Positions 26,451-34,227 of a DNA stretch of 40,569 nt are shown here, one piece after another; position 1 is the first letter of the stretch; each line of letters begins with the position of its first letter. This stretch comes from an uncultured Bacteroidales bacterium. Lineage in GTDB: Bacteria > Bacteroidota > Bacteroidia > Bacteroidales > JAADJA01. The stretch is taken from contig CAYOZZ010000144.1 in assembly GCA_964408535.1 (NCBI GenBank), positions 1-40,569 of the forward strand, in the 5' to 3' direction. A model generated the notes under the pieces. The model saw only the letters and a list, made by a program, of their open reading frames with translations, was not told the origin of the DNA and made no database searches. Both the position numbers and the translations under genes were made by a program.

Positions 26451-26458
26451 CAAAGGTA
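26451..26458 (-). promoter_or_regulatory. -7 promoter box (TAccTTTG) for the napG-like operon
   Basis: Plus strand reads caaaggta, 27 nt upstream of the ATG at 26424. Confidence 0.4.
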
Positions 26459-26502
26459 AGTGTTTTTAGTTTAGATATGCAATAAAATTAAATATAAAAA
26501 GT

Positions 26503-26553
26503 GTTATACCACCTGTAGTTTTATGGCAAAAATACATTTTCCGGTGGTATAAC
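26503..26553 (-). terminator. Long-loop hairpin downstream of the TonB-dependent receptor (terminator or processing site)
   Basis: gttataccacc (26503..26513) pairs perfectly with ggtggtataac (26543..26553) over a 29-nt loop. On the minus strand it is followed by a U-rich tract. Confidence 0.4.
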
Positions 26554-26573
26554 ATATTAATCATTCAAATAAA

Positions 26574-28655
26574 TTAAAATCTGTAGGTTGCACTTATATT
26601 AAAGCTGAGGCCGGGTTCGTAGAACAAGGAATTTGTTTCCGGTCCCATATTTTTGTATGCACGACTAAGATGCTCTACATAATTGTTGTTCAGCAAATTT
26701 GCTATTGATGCTCTAATCTCAAATGAACTGACCGGTTTGTAGGTAGCACCCAAATCAATAACAGCCCAGCCCGGTGTGGTTGTTTCCGCAAAACTTGAAG
26801 CTACCCTCGTTTGATCAGCGGCAAAACGCACTTTAATCATTGCCTCAACCTTATCAGAAAAATATTTAAATGATGCATTTCCCGAGAAAGGAGGAGTTTC
26901 GGGCAAAGGCTCGTCCCAGGTAATATTCTGGGCATAAGTATATCCTCCCGAAGCCGCAAAATTGAGGTGATCAATAAAAGTTATATCAAAGCCAAGCTCA
27001 AAACCGTAAAGCATAGCTTCATCAATGTTTGTAAACCTCTTTGCGTGAGCCGGTGGTTTGCAGGGCATAAACTTCTTGTCAATTGTTGTATCAACAAAAG
27101 CCGTGATATAGTCGGTAACATAAGAATAGAACAGGTCGGCATTAATGTTGAAATTATCAAAGGATTTTTTTGCAATCAAATCTGTCTGATGATTTGCTTC
27201 AGGCTTCAGATTCGGATTTCCGACATATTCATACGCATCCGAACCGACTGCCAAATGGTTTATGAAGCGTTCAAGCAGAGATGCCGATCTTACACCTCTG
27301 CCGACAGCCCATTGTAGTGTAAAATCTTTATCAGGTTGCCACGTTAAAGATGTATTTGCCGAAATGTTAAAGTCATTATCAGGTTGAATATTCCCGTTAT
27401 ACAGTTCGTTGAAATCAGGTGCCGGATTATCAATTTTCACCTCGACAAAGTCGAGCCTGAATCCGACATCCCACATAAGGTTTGAAGAAACCCGGTATTT
27501 GTTTTCAAAGAATAGACCGATGTCAGACGATTTTGAATTTTGCCAAATCAGGTCAACGAAAGATTTCGGTTGTGGCAATGTGTCGCCGGTGCAACTGTTT
27601 ATTTTAACAAGACGGTTTCTTTGCCCGTCTTTATTGATGTAGCCATAGTCAATACCTGCATATTGAATTATCTTGTCACCCGGTCGTAACCCGAATTCAA
27701 GCCTGCCTCCCATAGATTTGGATGTTACAGGTGCAACGGACTCGGTAAAAGCCCAGCTTGGACGCGCACGGGTTGACATTTCATGATCGACATACGAACC
27801 GTAAACCTTTGCCCGCAGTGAAAAGATTAAATCCGAGATGTCATTTGCCAGATAATCTAAATAGAGCATTGAGCTGTTGTCTTTATCTGCGTCCATAGGT
27901 AACCCGGCATGTTTTACATCTTTTGCAAATCCCTGTCTGAGCGTAAGTTGTATCCTGTTTTGTTTGTTCTTGCCGTGGTAATTCCCTATTTTGATTGAAT
28001 AACCTGTCCGGGTAAATGATGACGGTATTTCGGTGCCGTCACCGCTTTTATAGTTCCCGAAATTTTTATAATCGGCGTGAACGGAAAAGTCATAACCTTT
28101 GTTTGCCATCTGTACTCCGGCCTGACCGTAAAAATTACCTCCGTTAGTCATATAACCGCCTTCGACCATTCCCGAAATTTTAAACTTATTGGAATAGCCG
28201 GGGCCTTTGGTAACAAGATTTATAAGCCCGCCGACCGAAGGTCCGAATCTTACACTGTAAGGACCTTTTATCACCTCTATTTTTTCAATCTCCTCTGGCG
28301 AAATTTGCGAAATAGCCGGATCCATACGGTTAGGACAGGCATTGGATGACTTGCTGCCGCCGTCATACTGGACATTTAACTGGCTGTATTTGAATCCCCT
28401 CAATACGGGTTCCATCGCATAGTTGCCTCTCTTTACAATTCCGAAACCTGCTTCATTCTCAAACATCTCGCCCACATCATGAACCTGTTCCGTAGGTAAG
28501 GTCTGAGCCGAAATATTTGTTTTTAAAATGTTCTCGGATTTTCTCCCCTCAACAAATATTTCCTCAAGATAAACGGTGTCGTTTTGTGAAAACAACAGTA
28601 ATGGAGAACTTGCAATCAATATTATAATTAGTAATAATGTTATATTTTTGTTCAT
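26574..28655 (-). CDS. TonB-dependent copper receptor (OprC/NosA-like)
   Basis: 693 aa. Signal peptide, plug domain, terminal aromatic (TYRF). CPNRM (C107..M111, nt 28337..28323) and HEM (H291..M293, nt 27785..27777) match the CxxxM...HxM copper site described for OprC, with similar spacing (184 vs 180 residues). GLPMD motif. Confidence 0.75.
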   Translation of the reverse strand: MNKNITLLLIIILIASSPLLLFSQNDTVYLEEIFVEGRKSENILKTNISAQTLPTEQVHDVGEMFENEAGFGIVKRGNYAMEPVLRGFKYSQLNVQYDGGSKSSNACPNRMDPAISQISPEEIEKIEVIKGPYSVRFGPSVGGLINLVTKGPGYSNKFKISGMVEGGYMTNGGNFYGQAGVQMANKGYDFSVHADYKNFGNYKSGDGTEIPSSFTRTGYSIKIGNYHGKNKQNRIQLTLRQGFAKDVKHAGLPMDADKDNSSMLYLDYLANDISDLIFSLRAKVYGSYVDHEMSTRARPSWAFTESVAPVTSKSMGGRLEFGLRPGDKIIQYAGIDYGYINKDGQRNRLVKINSCTGDTLPQPKSFVDLIWQNSKSSDIGLFFENKYRVSSNLMWDVGFRLDFVEVKIDNPAPDFNELYNGNIQPDNDFNISANTSLTWQPDKDFTLQWAVGRGVRSASLLERFINHLAVGSDAYEYVGNPNLKPEANHQTDLIAKKSFDNFNINADLFYSYVTDYITAFVDTTIDKKFMPCKPPAHAKRFTNIDEAMLYGFELGFDITFIDHLNFAASGGYTYAQNITWDEPLPETPPFSGNASFKYFSDKVEAMIKVRFAADQTRVASSFAETTTPGWAVIDLGATYKPVSSFEIRASIANLLNNNYVEHLSRAYKNMGPETNSLFYEPGLSFNISATYRF

Positions 28656-28909
28656 CTGTCGTTAGTTTTTTGTTTTACCATAAAATTAATTTCACCCGGG
28701 GTTTTTATCAGGATACCGTTTGCATTAATCAAGCTCAAAGTCCGGATTAAAATAAATCACCCTGAACCAATATTCAATGCACAAAACATCATTTTGGCAA
28801 AATCCTGATACGTCTGATTTTAAATAAAATATGCTATATGTTTTTGTGAGATAAAGGCGTACCTTTTACTCTACCGGAAAAAACACATAAACCAAAAAAA
28901 CCGAATAAA

Positions 28910-29317
28910 TCAGACTATGCTCCGGGGAGGCGGAGTAAGGGTATCGTAAAATATTTCGATGAGTAAGTTTGGATGCTCATAGAATTTTAACACACAATTA
29001 TGAGGTTTTCGGAGGGTTGTTAAAATCCCTGAGCCAAGATAAATAATATTGTTGAAATCCAGATTCGGTGCAGGCGGCGGTGCGTTGTGTTCCTTCGATT
29101 GCTCATTGTTTACACTACGTTTAATCAAAGCACTTAGATAACTGATGTCACCCACAAGGGTTTTCCGCTCATTTTGCGAAAAACTGTTTTCATCAACAGG
29201 CTGCATCTTTAGTTTTGAGGAAATCTGATGATAGTAATACTGGAGATAAGGAGCGTAAGGTATCATAAAGAATGATACGTAAAACATTAGTAATATGAAT
29301 GCAACTCTCCTTCTCAT
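28910..29317 (-). CDS. Hypothetical membrane-anchored protein
   Basis: 135 aa. N-terminal hydrophobic helix, PPPAP stretch. The TAtaTTTG box at 29326..29333 lies 9 nt upstream. Confidence 0.4.
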   Translation of the reverse strand: MRRRVAFILLMFYVSFFMIPYAPYLQYYYHQISSKLKMQPVDENSFSQNERKTLVGDISYLSALIKRSVNNEQSKEHNAPPPAPNLDFNNIIYLGSGILTTLRKPHNCVLKFYEHPNLLIEIFYDTLTPPPRSIV

Positions 29318-29325
29318 TTCAGGTG

Positions 29326-29333
29326 CAAATATA
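29326..29333 (-). promoter_or_regulatory. -7 promoter box (TAtaTTTG)
   Basis: Plus strand reads caaatata, immediately upstream of the ATG at 29317. This implies a very short leader or none. Confidence 0.35.
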
Positions 29334-29603
29334 GTAAAAAATTTTATAGAAAGAGAAAAGTTGCTTATAATTATTTCCGAACAGAATTATTTATCCATGT
29401 TAATTCGGGTAATTCGTCAATTCGATAAATAGTGCATAAGGCAGATTCACTGTTACAATCCGAATGAGCAGTGGTACAAGGGGAAAAAGAACAGCATATT
29501 TTTTTCGCCACAACTCTGAAAATTTTCGGAGCAAAGACACAAAGGTTCACAAAGTTTTTTGTATTTGCTGCCGGATTAAGAGTCTGTAAGCCGTTTAATC
29601 ACT

Positions 29604-29764
29604 GCTATTCTGGATTTTTTATGATAACTTTTGCACCTGAATATCCCGGGCAATCCGTGTTAATTCGTGGAATCCGTGGGTATAAAAACTATGGATTGCT
29701 ATGTCCGGCATTGCTTGCGAAGCCTGAGCCACCGCCAAAGACAAAACCAACCTGCCATGATGAC
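29604..29764 (+). repeat. ~160 bp direct repeat, copy A
   Basis: About 92% identical to 31887..32046 (about 12 substitutions and 1 indel by eye). Ends 112 nt before the ATG at 29876. Confidence 0.85.
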
Positions 29765-29875
29765 AAGTCAGGCCGGAATCAAGGGAAGGTCATTTAATTA
29801 TAAAAATTAATTTCCATCTGATACCTATGTAAAAAAATCTTTATATTTTTACGCATAATTATTGATATTAATATT

Positions 29876-31879
29876 ATGTTTAGAATTAAATTAACCGTTT
29901 TATTTATTGCCGGTTTCGTAACGGCTTATGCTCAAAAGTTGGACACAACAGTTTTTAATTCCGTTTTCGAAAGAAAAGCCTTTAACTCTTATGCCGATTC
30001 ATCAAATCCTGATCCGTTAAAATTCTTTTGTGCTGTGAGTTATAAAAAAGGAGCATATGATAATATCCGAAAGTCCATTGATACAATTATGAACGATTTG
30101 TTTGATGAAGGAATTGCAAAAAAACCTTTAAAGAAAAAGGTGAAAATGATTTATAAGAGGGTTCACGAAGATATGTTAAAAAAATATGAGAATAATGTAA
30201 TTTTTAATGAAATATTATATTCGGGAGAGTATAACTGCGTTTCAGCCACAGCATTATATTCTGAAATTCTTGACAAAACGGGTATTAAATATAAAATTTT
30301 AGAGCAACCTGACCATGTCTATATTATAGTTGACCCTGATAATACCAGTATTCTTATGGAAAGTACAAATCCGCAGAAGGGAGTTATTATCTATGATGAA
30401 AGATTTAAAAAAGATTATGTTAAATATCTGTATAGTAATAAATTAATTGCAAAAGATGAATATATCAATAAAAGTACGGATGAACTTTTTAATGAATACA
30501 TGTACTCTGATGCAGAAATTGATAAGTACGAATTAGCAGGACTACATTATTATAACCGCGGTTCGTTTTTTATGGAAAAAGAGGAGTTTAATGATGCTGC
30601 AGCGTGTTATGAAAAAGCTTATTTCCTTTATCCCGGCAGTAAAACAATTGCTTTTTTATACTATATGGCACTCTCTAATGTATTAAACAATGAAGCGGCC
30701 GGGAATGATTTTCATGGTAAAACACTTGCCAAATATGTTAATATCAATATTCATGACGATGTCGTAATGCAATCTTCAGTTGATTTTTTTAAATCAGTGT
30801 TGAATACACTAATTGTTGAGCGTTCTGCCCCCGAAAAAGGTCAGAAATACTATTCGGAGTTTATATCATTTATCAGCGATTCCGTTAATACACAGGAATT
30901 TACTTTTAATTATTACTTTATAAACGGGTATTATTACCTTATTAAAGGAGAATACGAAAAGTCGCTGAATTATGCCGATACTGCATATCATATCCATCCT
31001 GACAATATGCATATTAAAGGAATAATACATGACGATTTCAGCAAAATCATCTTTTCAATGTCACAAACCAATTCAAATGTTTATATTGACACACTGTTTT
31101 ATTATTTCGACAAGTTCCCGTTTCTTTTTGATTATAATTATTTGGAGCAGTTTTTTTATTCAGTATGTTTTTTTAAAACAAAAGAGTATTTCGACCAGAA
31201 AAATGAAAAAGAAGGTACATTATTACTTCAAAAGCTTGATTTAATGCTAACTGGCAATCAGAATTTGGCTTCATCCTACAAGGGAATGAGCGGTATGCTA
31301 TACAGTATTGATCAATATTACAGGTATGACAAACCCAATGCCGATACACTAATATCCGTTTTCTCAAGATATCACAAGTACTTTCCTGATGATTATACCA
31401 TTAAAGCCAAATTGGAGGATATCAAGGAGAGAAAATCAAAAAATAAAAGTTTAAAATATGAAAATGTTTACGACCCGAGGGATGTGTTTCTGCAATTAAT
31501 GAATTTGACTCAGGACGAACAGGTGCAAAAGAAAACTATTCCGGAAGATTACAAAGGAAAGTTTAAGAAAATATTTACAGGTTGCTGGAATTCATCTAAA
31601 TACAAATTATCCGACAGCAATACGTTAAAAGACGGTAAACCGAGAAATATTACAGTAAGTAAGGGTTATCAACTAAAATATACGGTAGATGGCAAAACCA
31701 TCAAAGGTAAATGGTCAATTCGTCCTAAAGAAAAATTATTATATTTTACTTATGGGGATAATTCGGATTATTTGGTCTTTAGTATAGTAAAAATTGAAAA
31801 AGAACAAATAGAGCTTCGTCCCTACAAAAATGACAAGCTTTCAAACAAAATTATCATTTTTAAACCTTGTAAACAATAA
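29876..31879 (+). CDS. Secreted protein with a putative transglutaminase-like Cys-His core, a helical repeat region and a C-terminal beta domain
   Basis: 667 aa. Signal peptide ...VTAYAQ. GEYNCVSATALYSEILDKTGIKYKILEQPDHVYIIV...ESTNP resembles the Cys...His...Asp/Glu core of transglutaminase-like proteases. The function call is tentative. Confidence 0.5.
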   Translation: MFRIKLTVLFIAGFVTAYAQKLDTTVFNSVFERKAFNSYADSSNPDPLKFFCAVSYKKGAYDNIRKSIDTIMNDLFDEGIAKKPLKKKVKMIYKRVHEDMLKKYENNVIFNEILYSGEYNCVSATALYSEILDKTGIKYKILEQPDHVYIIVDPDNTSILMESTNPQKGVIIYDERFKKDYVKYLYSNKLIAKDEYINKSTDELFNEYMYSDAEIDKYELAGLHYYNRGSFFMEKEEFNDAAACYEKAYFLYPGSKTIAFLYYMALSNVLNNEAAGNDFHGKTLAKYVNINIHDDVVMQSSVDFFKSVLNTLIVERSAPEKGQKYYSEFISFISDSVNTQEFTFNYYFINGYYYLIKGEYEKSLNYADTAYHIHPDNMHIKGIIHDDFSKIIFSMSQTNSNVYIDTLFYYFDKFPFLFDYNYLEQFFYSVCFFKTKEYFDQKNEKEGTLLLQKLDLMLTGNQNLASSYKGMSGMLYSIDQYYRYDKPNADTLISVFSRYHKYFPDDYTIKAKLEDIKERKSKNKSLKYENVYDPRDVFLQLMNLTQDEQVQKKTIPEDYKGKFKKIFTGCWNSSKYKLSDSNTLKDGKPRNITVSKGYQLKYTVDGKTIKGKWSIRPKEKLLYFTYGDNSDYLVFSIVKIEKEQIELRPYKNDKLSNKIIIFKPCKQ

Positions 31880-31886
31880 GATTCGG

Positions 31887-32046
31887 GCTATTCTGTATTT
31901 TCATGATGACTTTTGCACCTGAATATCCCGGGCAATCCGCGTTAATTCGTGGAATCCGTAGGTATAAAAACTCAGGGTTGCTATGTCCGGCATTGCTTGC
32001 GAAGCCTGAGCCACCGCCAAAGACAAAACCGACCTGCCCGGATGAC
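31887..32046 (+). repeat. ~160 bp direct repeat, copy B
   Basis: See copy A. Ends 129 nt before the ATG at 32175. Confidence 0.85.
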
Positions 32047-32135
32047 CGGTAAAGCTGGGTATCCGTAACTGAATTTACATCTGATTTACAATTGTAAATA
32101 TTTGTTAAAAGTAATTTGCAGTATGGTTTTATATT

Positions 32136-32143
32136 TAAATTTG
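32136..32143 (+). promoter_or_regulatory. -7 promoter box (TAaaTTTG)
   Basis: taaatttg lies 32 nt upstream of the ATG at 32175. Confidence 0.4.
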
Positions 32144-32174
32144 CCATCGTACAAATAAATTAAGCGGAAATAGT

Positions 32175-32705
32175 ATGAAAAAATTAGCGATTTTATTATC
32201 AGTGGTTATTTTTACGACGTTCACTGTTAACGCCCAGCTTTCGACGGCAAAACAAAAGTCTGTTAAGCCTGTGCAAAAACAGGAAGTGAAAAAAGAAACT
32301 GCGGCAAATAAGCAGGCTGAAAATTCAAGTGCTGCCGTTATCAAGTTTGATAAAACGACTCACGATTACGGTACGATAGTGCAGAATGGAAACGGAAACT
32401 GTGAGTTTAAATTCACAAATGAAGGTAAAGAGCCGTTAATACTGACAAATGTTCGCTCATCCTGCGGTTGCACGGTACCGACCTGGCCAAGGGAGCCGGT
32501 ATTGCCCGGACAGTCAAAGGTTATAAAGGTTAAGTATGACACAAAACGTTTGGGAGTAATTAACAAGACAATTCACGTCTATTCAAATGCAGTCACACCT
32601 TCGGTAACTCTTAGGATTAAAGGAAAGGTGGTTGCAAGGTCAAACTCATCTGTTCCTTCGAAAAAAGTGATGGAGAGTACTGATGCAGCAAACAAAAAGA
32701 AATAG
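32175..32705 (+). CDS. DUF1573 domain protein (secreted)
   Basis: 176 aa. Signal peptide. HDYGTI...GNCEFKFTNEGKEPLILTNVRSSCGCTVPTWPREPVLPGQS..IKVKYD is the DUF1573 signature. Confidence 0.75.
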   Translation: MKKLAILLSVVIFTTFTVNAQLSTAKQKSVKPVQKQEVKKETAANKQAENSSAAVIKFDKTTHDYGTIVQNGNGNCEFKFTNEGKEPLILTNVRSSCGCTVPTWPREPVLPGQSKVIKVKYDTKRLGVINKTIHVYSNAVTPSVTLRIKGKVVARSNSSVPSKKVMESTDAANKKK

Positions 32706-32726
32706 TTAATTGTGGATTTGAATTGG

Positions 32727-32753
32727 AAAAGGCTGCTTTTTTAGCAGCCTTTT
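32727..32753. terminator. Bidirectional intrinsic terminator
   Basis: AAAAGGCTGC-tttttta-GCAGCCTTTT between the convergent genes 32175..32705 (+) and 32760..34133 (-). Confidence 0.75.
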
Positions 32754-32759
32754 TCTTTT

Positions 32760-34133
32760 TTAGTAGTTGTAAATCCTGTATTCCCAGGCACCGAGAGAAA
32801 CCCCGGCACCGGAATCAAATTCTATTTCATCACCTGAAAATATTTCTGCGTATTTTCCGGTAAAACCGGTGCCTTTAAGTTTTACATTTACCTGTTCGTC
32901 TGTAAGGTTTACAATAGTAAAAACCCTGTTACCGTCCTTTTCGCGAATAAATGCAAATACCGATTTGTCATCCGTGGTTTCTACCCGTTTCATTCTGCCG
33001 CCGTAATTTCCGTTCCAGAGTGCGACATTATTGGTTTTCATATTGTTCAGAGTCGTATAGAAACCAATAAGGGGTGACGTGAAGTCCCATTCTATCTCAT
33101 CTTTTTCAAAAAATTTCAGTCTTTTGTTTAATCCGGTTTCCTGTCCGCTGTAAATCAGCGGCATTCCCGGCAAGGTATATGTCAGGACGGCAAAAGCCTT
33201 TGCGCTTTCTCCCATTCTTTCGTTTACAGTGCCGTTCCAGGAATTTTCATCGTGGTTTGTTATAAAATTCATCCTGTAGGCATTTTGCGGAAATGTAGTA
33301 TCCTGCTTTTCAAAATATTGCTCAATGTTATCGGCGTTTGCTTCACCTTTGGCAATTTGATTCATAATATGATGAAGTTCCCAGGCGTATGTCATATCGA
33401 AAGCATGTATTTGCAAATCGGGTTGCTCCGCTTCGGCAAGCATAAATACAGGTTTTATTTTGTCCAATTTTGCTCTTGCCTGATTCCAGAACTCTGTCGG
33501 AACCATTCCTGCAACATCACAGCGATAACCGTCAACATCAGCCTCTTTCACCCAAAACTCCAGTGCGTCGGTCATAGCTTTCCAAAGCTCTTTGTTGTCA
33601 TAATTCAGGTCGGCAACATCAGTCCAGTCGAAAGGTGACACCATTTTACCGGTCGAATCTTTAGTGTACCAACCGGGATGCTCTGTTATCCAGGCATTAT
33701 CCCATCCCGTATGATTTGCAACCCAGTCTAATATAACCTTGAATCCCATATTGTGCGCTTTTCCGACAAGTTCTTTCAGGTCATCCATTGTACCGAATTC
33801 AGGATTAACCGCCTTATAGTCTTTAACGGCATAGTAACTGCCGAGAGTACCTTTTCTGTTCTTCTCACTAATGGGAAAAACCGGCATAAGCCAGAGAATA
33901 TCCACATCCATTTTTTTAAGTCTCGGCAAATGTTTTTCAAACGCTTTGAAAGTTCCCTCCTTTGTGTACTGGCGGATGTTAACTTCATAAATATTTGCGT
34001 TTTTGCTCCACTGCGGGTGTTTAACGTAGCTTTCGGGGTCCGCAGCCTTTTGATGCAACGTGCTGTTCTGCGGGTTATTACATCCTGCAAGCAATGCGAA
34101 AACGATTATTTGTAATATAACTCCTGTCTTCAT
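32760..34133 (-). CDS. GH13 alpha-amylase family lipoprotein
   Basis: 457 aa. Lipobox LLAGC. GH13 conserved regions DWVANH, GYRCDVAGM, MLAEAE and FITNHDE. Confidence 0.85.
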   Translation of the reverse strand: MKTGVILQIIVFALLAGCNNPQNSTLHQKAADPESYVKHPQWSKNANIYEVNIRQYTKEGTFKAFEKHLPRLKKMDVDILWLMPVFPISEKNRKGTLGSYYAVKDYKAVNPEFGTMDDLKELVGKAHNMGFKVILDWVANHTGWDNAWITEHPGWYTKDSTGKMVSPFDWTDVADLNYDNKELWKAMTDALEFWVKEADVDGYRCDVAGMVPTEFWNQARAKLDKIKPVFMLAEAEQPDLQIHAFDMTYAWELHHIMNQIAKGEANADNIEQYFEKQDTTFPQNAYRMNFITNHDENSWNGTVNERMGESAKAFAVLTYTLPGMPLIYSGQETGLNKRLKFFEKDEIEWDFTSPLIGFYTTLNNMKTNNVALWNGNYGGRMKRVETTDDKSVFAFIREKDGNRVFTIVNLTDEQVNVKLKGTGFTGKYAEIFSGDEIEFDSGAGVSLGAWEYRIYNY

Positions 34134-34153
34134 TTTTCCATTAATATTTTGGA

Positions 34154-34161
34154 CAAAGGTA
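34154..34161 (-). promoter_or_regulatory. -7 promoter box (TAccTTTG) for the amylase gene
   Basis: Plus strand reads caaaggta, 21 nt upstream of the ATG at 34133. Confidence 0.4.
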
Positions 34162-34199
34162 AAAGAAATATTAATTACGGCTCCATTTCAATTATTGAC

Positions 34200-34207
34200 T
34201 AAATTTG
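34200..34207 (+). promoter_or_regulatory. -7 promoter box (TAaaTTTG)
   Basis: taaatttg lies 21 nt upstream of the ATG at 34228. This supports the shorter start. Confidence 0.4.
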
Positions 34208-34227
34208 CAGGCTCACAAATTCATCGA

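Noticed and set aside
29471-29797. 108-aa GTG-initiated ORF
   Set aside because: The upstream two-thirds is translated from repeat islands and has no equivalent in repeat copy B. Only the last 58 codons are conserved, and these are reported separately as a low-confidence small ORF.
31860-32147. 95-aa minus-strand ORF across repeat copy B
   Set aside because: The same frame in repeat copy A hits a stop codon (…GHSNP-stop), so the frame is not conserved.
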